From assembly GCA_044868695.1 (NCBI GenBank), contig JBIOWP010000084.1, positions 1-64,000 of the forward strand: 64,000 bases of DNA, given 5' to 3'. Position 1 is the first letter of the stretch, and each line of letters begins with the position of its first letter. Source of the stretch: a bacterium (GTDB lineage: Bacteria; Sysuimicrobiota; Sysuimicrobiia; Sysuimicrobiales; Kaftiobacteriaceae). Shown here piece after piece: positions 18,955 to 31,463 of the stretch. The notes beneath the pieces were generated by a model. It ran no database searches, was not told where the DNA came from, and saw only the letters and a program-made list of their open reading frames with translations. Position numbers and translations under genes: made by a program.

Positions 18955-20189
18955 GCCCGCAGCAGATGGAGGCGCAACAGGTTGAGCGCCGCCTGTGAGG
19001 CCAGAAAGCGAATGCCTTCTCGGCCGGCTTCAGACCCCAACAGCAGCCGCCGGTGCGTCGGTCCTGCGGCACCGGCGAGAGCCAGGAAGACCAGGCCGAC
19101 CGGTTTTTCGGGCGTCCCCCCGGTAGGACCGGCGATACCGGTGACGGCCAGGCCGAGGGCCGCACCCGCGCGCCGGCGAATGCCGGCCGCCATGCCCTCC
19201 GCGACCTCTGCGCTCACGGCGCCGTGCGCATCGAGGAGTGCTGGATCGACGCCCGCATCTCTAATTTTCGCCTCGTTGCTGTAAGCCGCGACGCCCTCGA
19301 GGAAATACGTCGAGCTGCCCGGGACGGCCGTCAGGCGGTGGCTGATCTGCCCGCCGGTGCATGACTCGGCGACCGCAACCGTCAGGCGGCGCGCGGTCAG
19401 CGCGGCGGCCACCACGTCTTCCAGCGTCTGGCCGTCGACGCCGTACACGAGGTCGCCGAGCCGCTCGCGCACAAGGGCTTCGCCTCGATCCAACGTGGCG
19501 GCCACGGCGTCGGGGGCTCCCTTTGCGGTGAGTCGCAGGTGCACCTCGCCGAGCTTCGCGTAGGGCGCGATGGTGGGCTCCGTCAGCTGAAGGAGGTCCT
19601 TGATGCGGACCTCGATGGCCGACTCCCCCTCCCCCGTGACACGCAGCACGCGGGATTGGATGACGGCCGCCCCCGCCCGATCGCGCAGGGCCGGGAGCAC
19701 GTACCCGTCCATCATGCCCTTCATCTCGTAGGGCACGCCCGGCATCAGGAACAGCGAACGGCCGCGGTGCTCGATGTGGACCCCCGGCGCCGTCCCGCGG
19801 GTATTGGCGATGATGCGTGCGCCGCGCGGCACCAGCGCCTGCTTGAACACGGTATCCGACGGTGTCCGCCCGCGGGCGTCGAAGAACCGGCGGATGTGGT
19901 CAGCGGCGCTCTCGTCCGCCACCAGGGGAAGTCCCAGCGTCGTGGCGACCGTCGCCACCGTCAGGTCGTCTTCGGTGGGTCCCAGCCCCCCGGTCATCAG
20001 CACGACATCGGCGCGTGATAGGGCCAGGCGCGTTGCCTCTTCGATCCGCGTCGGATTGTCTCCGACGGTCTGCTTGAAGTAGACATCGACGCCGATCTCG
20101 GCCAGCCGCTGGGCGAGGTAGGCGGCGTTGGTGTCGACGATCTGACCCAGAAGGAGTTCCGTACCGACCGAAATGATCTCTGCGCGCAT
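18951..20189 (-). CDS. cinA: Competence/damage-inducible protein CinA (MoCF domain plus PncC)
   Basis: MRAEIISVGTELLLG, GGLGPTEDDLT, AESCTGG, TGIAGPTGG. Confidence 0.95.
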   Translation of the reverse strand: MRAEIISVGTELLLGQIVDTNAAYLAQRLAEIGVDVYFKQTVGDNPTRIEEATRLALSRADVVLMTGGLGPTEDDLTVATVATTLGLPLVADESAADHIRRFFDARGRTPSDTVFKQALVPRGARIIANTRGTAPGVHIEHRGRSLFLMPGVPYEMKGMMDGYVLPALRDRAGAAVIQSRVLRVTGEGESAIEVRIKDLLQLTEPTIAPYAKLGEVHLRLTAKGAPDAVAATLDRGEALVRERLGDLVYGVDGQTLEDVVAAALTARRLTVAVAESCTGGQISHRLTAVPGSSTYFLEGVAAYSNEAKIRDAGVDPALLDAHGAVSAEVAEGMAAGIRRRAGAALGLAVTGIAGPTGGTPEKPVGLVFLALAGAAGPTHRRLLLGSEAGREGIRFLASQAALNLLRLHLLRA

Positions 20190-20191
20190 GG

Positions 20192-20977
20192 CTAGGGTGC
20201 CGTGAATGTCTCCTCCCAGACACGTCGCCGCACGTCCGACAGCACCGGTTGGCCGTTGACCTGCAACGAAACGGCGGTGGTGTCGCCGACGCGCACCGTG
20301 AGCCGTTCGCGTGCCCGCCAGACCTTGACCTCCCCCTCGTGCACCAGCCCCTGGAAGATCTCCTCGTCGTCGGCGAGCACGCGCAGCCACGACGTGCCCG
20401 TCGCCTGCACGACCAGTTCCACGCCGGCGCCCGGGGTCTGACCCGCGGGCTCGCCGGGTTCTCCCGGGGCCGGCGGGTGCGCCGGTTCAGCGACCGCCGC
20501 CTCCGGCGGGGCCGGCGGCGGAACGGGTTTCGCGAACTGGCGCATCTGCTGGTACCCGATCAGGATGAGGACGATGAAGACCAGGACCACCGCCCCGCCG
20601 ATGATCATGATGATGCGCCGCACACGGGAGGGCGGCACGGCCGGCCGGATGGGCACCTCCGCGGGGAACGCCGGAACCAGCGGCTGGGCCGGCGCATCAA
20701 ACGCCAGCGGATACGCCTCGATCAATTCGTCGGGGTTCAGTCCCAGGGTGGCCGCGTAGGTGCGCAGATATCCCCGCGTGTACACTGTGGCCGGCAGGCG
20801 GTCAAACTGTTCCTCCTCCAGCGCCTGAAGGTAGAGGGCGCGGATGTGTGTCAGGGTCTCGGCCGCGGCCAGCGTCAATCCTTTGGCTTCGCGCGCGTTG
20901 CGCAGGCGCTCGCCGATGCCCAGCGTCTCGGAGTGGGGGGACGGGGTCCGATGTTGCTGCACGCTGTCTGTGTTCAA
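20192..20977 (-). CDS. rodZ: RodZ-like HTH/TM/DUF4115 protein
   Basis: IGERLRNARE HTH, YTRGYLRTYA, one TM, C-terminal SWLRV domain. Confidence 0.85.
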   Translation of the reverse strand: MNTDSVQQHRTPSPHSETLGIGERLRNAREAKGLTLAAAETLTHIRALYLQALEEEQFDRLPATVYTRGYLRTYAATLGLNPDELIEAYPLAFDAPAQPLVPAFPAEVPIRPAVPPSRVRRIIMIIGGAVVLVFIVLILIGYQQMRQFAKPVPPPAPPEAAVAEPAHPPAPGEPGEPAGQTPGAGVELVVQATGTSWLRVLADDEEIFQGLVHEGEVKVWRARERLTVRVGDTTAVSLQVNGQPVLSDVRRRVWEETFTAP

Positions 20978-20989
20978 TCACCCGAACAA

Positions 20990-21928
20990 TCAATCCTTCG
21001 GCGCGGCCGGGGTCATGTGGGAGACCGCCGCGGCCACGGCGGCGGCCAGCGCGGCGTTGGCGCGCAAAAGGGACAGGTTGGCGCGCAGCGAGCGGCCTCC
21101 AGTCCTCTCTACCAGCACGGCAAGCAGGTAGGGCGTGAGGTCGCCGCCCCGCACACCGGCGGCCCGCGCCTGCTCCGCGGCGTCGCGGACGGCGTGGTCC
21201 ACTTCCTCCGCAGACAGTGCCTCAGAGACGGGAATGGGGTTGGCGATCACCACGCCCGTCCGCTGGCCAAGAGCGCGTTTTGCGGCGAGGATCGCGGCAG
21301 CCTCGTGCGTCGAGGTGATCTGTCGCGGCGCCGGGAACCCGCTGTCCTGCACGTAGAAGTTCGGAAAGCGGTCTGATCTGTACGCGACCACGGTGACCCC
21401 GGCGCTGTCCAGGTATTCGAGCGTTTTCCCGATATCGCAGACGGCCTTGGCGCCGGCGCAGACGACGGCGACCGGATGCTCGGCCAGCGCCTGCAGGTCT
21501 GCGGAGACATCCCAACTCTGCTCCGCGCCGAGGTGGACTCCGCCGATGCCCCCGGTGGCCACGACGCCGATGCCGACAAGATCCGCCACCGCGACCGTCG
21601 CGGAGACCGTCGTCCCGCCGGACGCCGCGGCTGCGGCGGCGACCGGCAGGTCACGGGAGGCCACCTTCATCGCAGCCGCGGAGATCAACCCGTTAAGTTC
21701 GTCCTGCGTGACTCCGACCCGGATCCGTCCGGCGAGGACGGCCACGATCGCTGGCACCGCGTCGGCCGCGCGGACGATCTCCTCAAGTTCTCCCGCCATC
21801 TGCAGGCCGATGGGATGGGGCAGCCCGTGAGAGACGACCGCCGACTCCAGGGCGACGACGGGCCGGCGGCGCGCGAGCGCAGCCGCCACGTCCTCGCGGA
21901 CGTCAATGAGGGGCGGCAATCTGCGCAT
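20990..21928 (-). CDS. psuG: Pseudouridine-5'-phosphate glycosidase
   Basis: VVALESAVVSHGLP, TTVSAT, ATGGIGGVH, DVSADL, LTPYLL motifs. Confidence 0.93.
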   Translation of the reverse strand: MRRLPPLIDVREDVAAALARRRPVVALESAVVSHGLPHPIGLQMAGELEEIVRAADAVPAIVAVLAGRIRVGVTQDELNGLISAAAMKVASRDLPVAAAAAASGGTTVSATVAVADLVGIGVVATGGIGGVHLGAEQSWDVSADLQALAEHPVAVVCAGAKAVCDIGKTLEYLDSAGVTVVAYRSDRFPNFYVQDSGFPAPRQITSTHEAAAILAAKRALGQRTGVVIANPIPVSEALSAEEVDHAVRDAAEQARAAGVRGGDLTPYLLAVLVERTGGRSLRANLSLLRANAALAAAVAAAVSHMTPAAPKD

Positions 21929-22853
21929 GCGCGTACAGGACACCGGGTGTGAGGTCCGGATGCACGCTGCCTTCGACCGTTGCCGTCAGGGCACCGGCGG
22001 CGCGCGCGAGGTGCGCCGCGATGCGATCGTCGAGTCCCGCCAGCAAACCGTAGACGGTCGCCGCCGCGACGGCATCCCCCGCCCCCGACGGGTCGACCAC
22101 GGCGACGGGGAGGGCGGGGAGCGGGATGACCTCGCGGCCTCCCCACACCAACCCCTGGTCCCCCATCGTGACGACGACCGTCGCGTCGGGGAAGCCTCGG
22201 ATCCTACCGACCGCCTGCACGGCGTCCGCGACCGCGTTGACGGGGGTTGCGGTTAAGGCAGCGGCCTCCCCGGCGTTCAGCACGACCAGCGAAGCCGCGT
22301 GGAGGTGCGCGGCGACCCGCGGCGCTTTCGCCACAGATACCGGCAGCAGACACAACCGCCGGCCGGCGGCGACACGAACGACGGCGTCGATCGTCCCCGG
22401 TGCGAGGTTGGCGTCGACCACAACATAGTCGGCGGCCCGGATGGCATCCGCGTGCGCGGTGAGGTGGTCAGGCGTGAGCGATTCCGCAGCGGTCATTTCC
22501 GAGACCGCCATGGTCGTGGAGGTTGGAGATGCGATGGCCACGTAGGCATTTCGCATCCCCGCGAGCCGGATCGCGCCGGACACGCGCACGCCAGCATCCT
22601 TCGTCCGAGTGAGCACGACTTCGGAGAGCGGATCATCGCCGACGGCGCAGATCAGCTCCGTGCGGATGCTCAGGCGGGCCAGGTTCTCCGCAACGTTGCG
22701 CCCGGCGCCCCCGGCACCGACGCGGATACGGCCCGGAGTGCTAACCTGGGGCCGGAGGGTCGGCGCGGTCGCGATGATGTCCACGTTGACCCCGCCGATG
22801 ACGACGGCCGAAAACACGGGATCCCGGATCCCGGACCTTCGATCCTGGATCAT
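21903..22853 (-). CDS. PfkB-family kinase, probable pseudouridine kinase (start uncertain; GTG at 22817 possible)
   Basis: IGGVNVDI, GGAGRNVAENLARL, DPSGAGD; adjacent to psuG. Confidence 0.85.
   Translation of the reverse strand: MIQDRRSGIRDPVFSAVVIGGVNVDIIATAPTLRPQVSTPGRIRVGAGGAGRNVAENLARLSIRTELICAVGDDPLSEVVLTRTKDAGVRVSGAIRLAGMRNAYVAIASPTSTTMAVSEMTAAESLTPDHLTAHADAIRAADYVVVDANLAPGTIDAVVRVAAGRRLCLLPVSVAKAPRVAAHLHAASLVVLNAGEAAALTATPVNAVADAVQAVGRIRGFPDATVVVTMGDQGLVWGGREVIPLPALPVAVVDPSGAGDAVAAATVYGLLAGLDDRIAAHLARAAGALTATVEGSVHPDLTPGVLYAHAQIAAPH
22819..22853. repeat. Heptamer tandem repeat (GGATCCY-like)x5
   Basis: GGATCCC GGATCCC GGACCTT CGATCCT GGATCAT. Confidence 0.7.
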
Positions 22854-22866
22854 CAGTCGCCCACGG

Positions 22867-23838
22867 TTATTCTTCCTCTTTCGTGTATGCCACGCCGTCG
22901 GCGGCCGGCATCTGGGCGCGGCGGACGAACCCGGCCAGAACGAAGATGGTCACAATCTGTGGGAGCACGCTGATGAATTGATATGGGACGGGCAGCCGCA
23001 CCACGCGCAGACTCAGGGCGTCAAAGTAGCCAAACAGCGCCGACGCGCCGAGCGCGCCCACGGGCCACCAGTTCCCGAAGATCATCGCCGCTAGGGCGAT
23101 AAATCCCCTGCCCTGCGTCATCCCCTCGAAGTACAGGTGGGCCTGTTCGATCGCCAGGTATGCGCCCGCCATGCCCGCCAGCGCACCGCTCGCCAGCACC
23201 CCGATGTACCGCAGCCGATAGACGCTGACGCCGAGCGTGTCGGCAGCCAGCGGGTACTCGCCGACCGCCCGCAGCCGCAGGCCGAATCGCGTCCGGAGCA
23301 GCACCCATTGGCTGAGGAGAACGAGGAGGAGTCCCACTACGATCATCGGCGAGATGCCGGTCACCAGGGGCCGCAGCAGCGGCACGTCCTTGAGCAGCGG
23401 GAGGTCGATCGGCGTGAAGCCCCGCACGCCGGGTGACTGGGTGGCCCGTTCGAACAGGAGGATGTTCAGGAAACGCGCCAGTCCGCCCGCGAGGAGGTTC
23501 AGGGCGACGCCGCTGATGATCTGATCGACCCGGAACGTGATGGTGACGAGGGCGTGGATCAGTCCAAAGGCCATCCCCGCGGCTACGGCGGCGAGCACGC
23601 CCACCAGCGGCGCGAGGTCCGGCCGGGCCTGCGCCAGATCGGGAAAGCGTTCGGCAAACGCGTAGGCGCCGACCGCGCCGAAGAACGTGCCCATGATCAT
23701 GATGCCTTCCAGAGCAATGTTCACGACGCCGCCGCGTTCCGAGTACACGGCTCCGAGGGAGGCGAGCAGGATCGGCATCGTGACACGGATCGCCGACGCG
23801 ACGAGAGCCAGGCTAAACAGGGAGGCCAGCGTGTCCAC
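22867..23838 (-). CDS. Nucleoside-type ABC transporter permease 2
   Basis: SERGGVVNIALEG, RTRFGLRLRAVGE, GRGFIALAAMIFG. Confidence 0.92.
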   Translation of the reverse strand: MDTLASLFSLALVASAIRVTMPILLASLGAVYSERGGVVNIALEGIMIMGTFFGAVGAYAFAERFPDLAQARPDLAPLVGVLAAVAAGMAFGLIHALVTITFRVDQIISGVALNLLAGGLARFLNILLFERATQSPGVRGFTPIDLPLLKDVPLLRPLVTGISPMIVVGLLLVLLSQWVLLRTRFGLRLRAVGEYPLAADTLGVSVYRLRYIGVLASGALAGMAGAYLAIEQAHLYFEGMTQGRGFIALAAMIFGNWWPVGALGASALFGYFDALSLRVVRLPVPYQFISVLPQIVTIFVLAGFVRRAQMPAADGVAYTKEEE

Positions 23839-23841
23839 GGG

Positions 23842-24971
23842 CTAGCCTCCGGCCGGGCTGCCGGCGGCCGCCACGGGTCCGGCCGCCTCGGCCTCACGCT
23901 TGCGCTGTGTCCGCACGTACCGCGTCAGCAGTTCGTACGCGACGACGATGGCGAGGATGATGATCGCCTGCAGGATCACGATGATCTCCTTGGGCACGCG
24001 GGCGAAGAACTGCACCCCCGCCGCCCCGCGGTCCAGGAAGCCGAACAGCAGCGCGGCGGGGATGACTCCCAGGGGATTATTCTTAGCCAGCAGCGCGACG
24101 GAAATCCCCAGGAACCCCAGCCCCTTGGGAAAGTCGATGTCGAGGTAGCCGAAGAACCCCAGGATGTCGTTCAGCCCTACCAGGCCGGCGACGCCGGCGC
24201 TGAGCATGAACATCCAGAATCGCACGCGGGCGTTGGGGATCCCGGCGGCTTCCGCCGCCAGCGGGTTGAACGCGACGGCCCGCACTTCATACCCGAATCT
24301 GGTCCGCCCGATGAAGTAGGCCAGCACGCACGCCAGCGCGATGCCGAGCAGCAGCAACAGGTTGAGTTTCTCCACGTCCGATCCGTGCAGCCCCAGGGGA
24401 GCCAGGAGAGGACCCATCGACGGGATCCGCGCCGCGGCGGCGACCTCGGGCGTGCGCACACGCGGCGTCCCTACCTGCGCGGGGTCGCGAAAGACGTCGT
24501 TGATCAGGTAGAGCAGCAGCGCGGAGGCGATGTAGTTCATCATGATCGTGGTGATGACTTCGTGCGCTCCGCGCCGCAGCTTCAAGGCGATGGGCACCAG
24601 CGCCCAGAGCATGCCTCCGGCCGCCGCCGCGGCTAGGGCCAGCGGCAGGTGGATGGCGGCCGGCAGGCCGCGGAGGCTGAACCCGACGAACGCGGCGCAG
24701 AACGCCCCGACGTAGTACTGTCCTTCCACCCCGATGTTGAACAGGTTGACACGGAACGACGCAGCCACCGCGAGGCCCGCGAAGATGAGCGGGGTCGTCT
24801 TGAACAGGATCGAGAACAGGCTGTCGGTGCGGGTGAGGTTGAACCGGATCATCACCCCGTAAACCTCCAGCGGGTTGCGGCCAATGGCCAGGATGATGAT
24901 CGAGGCGATCAGCATGCCGAACAGGATGGCCACCAGCGGCGCGGCGACCTGCACGAACAGCAGACGATGTT

Positions 24972-24975
<4 letters not shown>
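23842..24975 (-). CDS. Nucleoside-type ABC transporter permease 1
   Basis: LFNIGVEGQ, HEVITTIMMNY, GFLGISVALLA; GTGA overlap with the ATPase stop. Confidence 0.92.
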
Positions 24976-26542
<1,567 letters not shown>

Positions 26543-26546
<4 letters not shown>

Positions 26547-27604
26547 TTCTTCAGCGTCTTCAGGAACTCCTCAAGCTGCTTCTTGTCCTCTGGGACCTTG
26601 ATCTTCCCGGCGATGATGTCCTTCCGCAGCGCCTCGAGCCGGGCGGCGATGTCCTGCACCATCGCCTTGTTGTAGTTGTTGACCGCATAGCCGACCCCGT
26701 TCTCCTTCAAGCCGAATGTGCGGACCCCGGCCTTGTACTGGCCGGCGACGGTGGCCTTGATCGTCTCGTGCACCGCCACGTCGACCCGCTTCAGCATGCT
26801 GGTGAGAATCTGCGCCCGCTGGTCCGGCTTGACCGTCAGGGACTGGTCCGCGTCTACGCCGATGGCCAGCCGCTTCTTCACGACGGCCGCTTCGAACACG
26901 CCGATGCCGGTACCGCCGGACGCGTGGTAGATGATGTCGGCGCCCCGGTCGTACTCGGCCAGCGCGAGCTCCTTGCCTTTGACAGGGTCGCGGAACGCCT
27001 CCCCGGTGGTGCCGGCGTATTCGCTGAACACCTCGATGGACGGCTTCACGTACTTGGCGCCGGCGATGAAGCCGGCCTCAAACTTCTCGATCAGCGGGAT
27101 CTTCATGCCGCCCACGAATCCGATCTTGTTCGCCCTTGACTTCAGCGCGGCCGCGGCGCCCACGAGGAACGATCCCTCGTGCTCCTTGAATAGGAGGCTG
27201 ACCACGTTGGGCTGGTCTCCGATGAACCCGTCTACGATGGCGAACTTGACGCCCGGGAAATCCTTGGCCACCCGAGTGATGCTGTCCGTGAACAGGAAGC
27301 CGATGCCGAAGATGAGGTCAAATTTCTCACCGGCGAGGAGGCGCAGCAGCTCCTCCCGGTTCTCGCCCCCGGCCGTGGGCTCGAGGTCGCGGGTCTCGAT
27401 CCGGCTGCCGAATTCCTTCTGGGCGTTCGACAGGCCGGCATACGCCATGTCGTTGAACGACAGGTCGCCGCGTCCGCCGACGTCGTACACGATCCCGACC
27501 CGCCACTTCTTGGCCTGGGCGACCGCCGGGGTCCCGGGCAGCGCCCATAGAGTGACCGCGACCACGACCAGCGCCGCAGCCCCGATGCGCATGCCGATTC
27601 TCAT
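26543..27604 (-). CDS. BMP-family nucleoside-binding protein (start uncertain, 27604-27613)
   Basis: GGRGDLSFN, FKEHEGSFLVG, IGVDADQ, LTSMLKRVD; signal peptide without lipobox Cys. Confidence 0.92.
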
Positions 27605-27692
27605 CCTCAACACACCTCCCGTGGGATCACCACTATGTGGATAGAATGGGATTGGTGTGGGTATCTTCGAGTCGGCGCGGAGGAACTCCTGG

Positions 27693-29963
27693 CTAGGACC
27701 GGACGGCGCCGGACTTGATGAGCCGGTCGAGATCTTCCAGCCCGACCAGAATCTCGCGGGGGTTGCTGCCCTGGGCCGGGCCGACGATGCCCCGCTCCTC
27801 GAGCTGGTCTACGATGCGGGCGGCGCGGACGTATCCGATCTTCATCTTCCGCTGCAGCAGCGACACGGATCCGTAGCCGGCCCGCACCACGAGCCGCGCG
27901 GCATCGGCCAGCAGTTCGTCTTCGTCGCTCCCCGCTTCCGGGTTCCCCTGCTCGGACCGCAGCAGGTCCTGGTCGTACACCGGCTTCCCCTGCGCCTTCC
28001 ACCAGGCGACCAGGGCCTGGATCTCGCTGTCGGCGATGAAGGCGCCCTGCGCGCGGACCGGCCGGGCCGCGCCCATCGGCAGGTACAGCATGTCGCCCTT
28101 GCCCAGCAGTTTCTCCGCCCCCGGCATGTCGAGAATGGTCCGGCTGTCCACCTGGCTGCTCACCGCGAACGCCACCCGCGAGGGAATGTTGGCTTTGATC
28201 AGGCCCGTGATCACGTCCACGGACGGCCGCTGGGTCGCCACCACCATGTGGATGCCGGTGGCCCGGGTCATCTGCGCCAGACGGCAGATGACATCTTCGA
28301 AGTCGGCCGGGGCCACCATCATCAGATCCGCCAGCTCGTCGATGATGATGACCACATACGGCAGGCGTTCGACGTCGGCCAGCTGGTTGTAGGCCGCGAT
28401 GTTGCGGGTGCCGGTCGAGGCGAAGCGCTCGAAACGCTCCTCCATTTCCCGCAGCATCTCCTTCAACGCGCCGGCCGCCGCGCGCGGATTGGTGACCACG
28501 GGCGCCAGCAGGTGCGGGATGTTGTTGTAGTTGGCAAACTCCACGCGCTTGGGGTCAATCATCAGCAGCCGGACGTGCAGGGGCGTGCAACGGAACAGCA
28601 GCCCGGCAATAATCGCATTCAACATCACCGACTTGCCCGACCCGGTGGCGCCCGCGATCAGCAGGTGCGGCATCTCGGCCAGGTCGCCCAGGATGGGGTG
28701 ACCCGCGATGTCTTTGCCCAGCGCGACCACGAGGGGTCCGGCCGTCCGCTGGTAGTCCTCAGACGACAGGATGTCCTTGATATGGACCAGCGCCGTCTTT
28801 TGATTGGGGACCTCGATCCCGACGGCGGACTTGCCGGGGATGGGCGCCTCGATCCGGACACTGGGGGCGGCGAGCGCCAGGGCGATGTCGTTGGTGAGGC
28901 TGCTGATCTTCTGCACCCGGACGCCGGAGGCGGGCTGCACTTCGAACCGCGTGACGACCGGCCCCTGCTCCCACCGGGTGACCTTCGCTTCCACGCCGAA
29001 GCTCAAGAGCGTCTGCTCCAGTTGTCTGGCGAGATCGGCGGGATCGGTCTTGGCCTTTCCCCGTGGCGACGGGAGATCCGCGAGCAGCGTCAGCGGCGGC
29101 AGCTGGTATCCGCCTGACGGCACCTCAAGGGCCAGCGTTTCCTGCTTGAACGCCTCGCTGCGGCGGGCCTCCGCGCATTCCCCGCGATCCTCGTGCGGCG
29201 GCGGCGCGGGACTCCGCGCCGGGCGGAGTTCGCCGTTGCGGGGCGCGCCATGCAGTGCCGGCGGCTCCGCAGTGAGGGGGGCAGGAAGCGAACCGGGCGG
29301 TGACACCTCCGGCACCGCCTCCTGGGGATGGCGGAACGCCGACGCGACGGTTCGCGCCAGCTGCCCCGCGGCGTTCATGGCTTTGAGAATGCTGCCGGCG
29401 GCCGCCGCAACGACACCGGCCGCCAGCTGCCACACGGTCGAGACGATACCGGCCAGCGCCTGCGCCGTCCGGCTGCCGGCCGACACAACGGTCGCCAGCA
29501 CCGCGGCAAGCGAGGTCCCCGACCACAGCAGCACACCGCCGACGGCGGTAACAGCCAGGACCAGCCAGGCGCCGGCATCGCCCGACGCGCGGCGCAGCGC
29601 CCAGAGCACGACGCCGCCGACCACCCCGCCCGCGCGTCCCGCCGCGCCCGCCGCGAGTTCCTGGCCGTGCGGGACTTTCATATGGTAGGCGGCGACGGCA
29701 GCCAGGGCGACCAGCGCCGCGCCGGCGGCCCGGCGGCCCGGGCGCGAGCGTTCGCCTGCCAGCAGCAGGGTCACCCCCGCGACCACTGCGGACAGCGGGA
29801 TCAACCATGCCGCGTCGCCCAGCGCGGTCCGCTGCGCGCGGCCGAGCACGAGCGGGACGCCGGTCGCCTCGGGCAAGAACGACAGCGCCAGCATGAGGCC
29901 GGCGACCAGGATGAGGGCTCCGGCGGCATGATTCCGGTTGGCGGTTCGTTTCCGGCGCGGCAC
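27693..29963 (-). CDS. ftsK: DNA translocase FtsK/SpoIIIE
   Basis: N-terminal TMs, MPHLLIAGATGSGKS, IDELADLM, ATQRPSVDVITG, gamma domain SVSLLQRKMKIGY. Confidence 0.96.
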   Translation of the reverse strand: MPRRKRTANRNHAAGALILVAGLMLALSFLPEATGVPLVLGRAQRTALGDAAWLIPLSAVVAGVTLLLAGERSRPGRRAAGAALVALAAVAAYHMKVPHGQELAAGAAGRAGGVVGGVVLWALRRASGDAGAWLVLAVTAVGGVLLWSGTSLAAVLATVVSAGSRTAQALAGIVSTVWQLAAGVVAAAAGSILKAMNAAGQLARTVASAFRHPQEAVPEVSPPGSLPAPLTAEPPALHGAPRNGELRPARSPAPPPHEDRGECAEARRSEAFKQETLALEVPSGGYQLPPLTLLADLPSPRGKAKTDPADLARQLEQTLLSFGVEAKVTRWEQGPVVTRFEVQPASGVRVQKISSLTNDIALALAAPSVRIEAPIPGKSAVGIEVPNQKTALVHIKDILSSEDYQRTAGPLVVALGKDIAGHPILGDLAEMPHLLIAGATGSGKSVMLNAIIAGLLFRCTPLHVRLLMIDPKRVEFANYNNIPHLLAPVVTNPRAAAGALKEMLREMEERFERFASTGTRNIAAYNQLADVERLPYVVIIIDELADLMMVAPADFEDVICRLAQMTRATGIHMVVATQRPSVDVITGLIKANIPSRVAFAVSSQVDSRTILDMPGAEKLLGKGDMLYLPMGAARPVRAQGAFIADSEIQALVAWWKAQGKPVYDQDLLRSEQGNPEAGSDEDELLADAARLVVRAGYGSVSLLQRKMKIGYVRAARIVDQLEERGIVGPAQGSNPREILVGLEDLDRLIKSGAVRS

Positions 29964-29969
29964 GATAAT

Positions 29970-30770
29970 CTACCTCGTCACCAGAAGGACGGCTGCGCCG
30001 GTCACCAGGCAGTAGACGGCGAACATGACCAGCCGTCCCCGGCGCAGCAGCGCGAGCAGCCAGCGAATCGCCGCGGCGCCGGACACCAGCGCCACCGCGC
30101 ACCCGGCGACCAGCTGCGCTGCAGTATACCCCATCGCCGCGCCCAGCTGAAGATCCTTGAGCCCGAACACACCTGCACCAGCGACTGCGGGGATTGCGGC
30201 GAGAAACGAGAGGCGCGCGGCCTCGTCCTGCCGCAGGCCCATCCACATCCCGGCCGCGATCGTCGTTGCCGATCGCGAGATCCCCGGAACAATGGCCACA
30301 GCCTGCGCCACGCCGATCGCCGCGGCGTCACGTGCGGTCGCCTCCGTGACGGCGCGGACTCCCCGCGCCCGGGCGAATAGCAGCAGCGCTCCCGTCAGCA
30401 TCAACTGCACCGCCGTTCCACGCACCGAGCCAAACATCCGCTCCAACGGGCCTTCCAGTGCCAGCCCGGCCGCCGCGGTGATGGCGGTGATGAGGATGAT
30501 CAACCAGGCCAGGCGTCCGTAGGCGCGCGCGGCGGGATCGGCGGTCCGGCCGGACAGCGTTGCGATCCACCCGCCGGTCAGGCGCCGGACGTCATCCCAG
30601 AACACGATGAGGGCGGCTGCTGCGGTACCGAGATGCAGCACCGCTTCCAGCAGGAGACCTGGGCGGGGAATTCCCAGAAAGGCCTCAGCAAAGATGAGGT
30701 GGGCGGTACTGCTGACCGGCAGGAACTCAGTCAGCCCCTGGATGAGGCCGAGGATGATCATGTTGAGCAC
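29970..30770 (-). CDS. uppP: Undecaprenyl-diphosphate phosphatase
   Basis: QGLTEFLPVSSTAH and PGISRSATT motifs. Confidence 0.95.
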   Translation of the reverse strand: MLNMIILGLIQGLTEFLPVSSTAHLIFAEAFLGIPRPGLLLEAVLHLGTAAAALIVFWDDVRRLTGGWIATLSGRTADPAARAYGRLAWLIILITAITAAAGLALEGPLERMFGSVRGTAVQLMLTGALLLFARARGVRAVTEATARDAAAIGVAQAVAIVPGISRSATTIAAGMWMGLRQDEAARLSFLAAIPAVAGAGVFGLKDLQLGAAMGYTAAQLVAGCAVALVSGAAAIRWLLALLRRGRLVMFAVYCLVTGAAVLLVTR

Positions 30771-30875
30771 GTACGCGCTCCCGCGAAAGGTGCGTTGTCA
30801 GGTGCGTCTGCATGTTCGACCCTAGACGTTCTATGCCCGAAAGAGGCTCTCCTTCACCGTCCCATGACGCCCGAT

Positions 30876-31463
30876 TCAGCGGCGCGTCTGAAGGAGCATC
30901 CGCAGCGCGCGGATATCCCGCCGGAGCATCCGCATCCAGTCCCGCCGGTAGAGGGCCGCCGCGGGATGGTACAGAGGGAGAATCGTCAAGCGTCCGCTCG
31001 CCACCAGGCGGCCGTGCACGTCCGCGATCTTGCGGCCGGGCAGAAAGTACTGGAGCGCGAACCGGCCGAGGGTGACGACGACCCGCGGGCGGATGATCTC
31101 AAGCTGTTCCATCAGCCACGGCGCGCACGCGCCGATCTCGCCGGGCGCCGGCGCGCGGTTCCGGCCCGGCGGCGGGCCGGCCACCGGCCGCGACTTCACG
31201 AGGTTGGTAATGTAGACATCCGACCGGGAGAGTCCTGAGGAAGCCAGCAGGCCGTCCAAAAGCTTTCCGGCCGCGCCGACGAATGGTTCACCGCGGAGGT
31301 CCTCCTGCTTTCCCGGCGCTTCGCCGACGAGCATGATGCGCGCGCTAGCGGGACCGGTGCCGGGGACGGCCTGCGTGCGGGTTCGCCACAACGGACAGCG
31401 CGTGCACGTCCGGATGCGTGCGTGCAGACGCGCCAGCGCGCGGGCCTTCGATGCACCCTTCAG
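30876..31463 (-). CDS. Family-4 uracil-DNA glycosylase, probable non-canonical CTG start
   Basis: CTRCPL, GEAPG, GEPFVGAAG, YHPAAAL; the conserved CxxC lies upstream of the first TTG (31391); CTG at 31463 overlaps the dapA TGA. Confidence 0.85.
   Translation of the reverse strand: MKGASKARALARLHARIRTCTRCPLWRTRTQAVPGTGPASARIMLVGEAPGKQEDLRGEPFVGAAGKLLDGLLASSGLSRSDVYITNLVKSRPVAGPPPGRNRAPAPGEIGACAPWLMEQLEIIRPRVVVTLGRFALQYFLPGRKIADVHGRLVASGRLTILPLYHPAAALYRRDWMRMLRRDIRALRMLLQTRR

Noticed and set aside
27636..27644. CTATCCACA, a near DnaA box on the minus strand
   Set aside because: Single copy with a mismatch and no origin context
30876..31463. UdgX (covalent uracil-binding UDG)
   Set aside because: Has GEAPG rather than GEQPG and lacks the KRRIH loop
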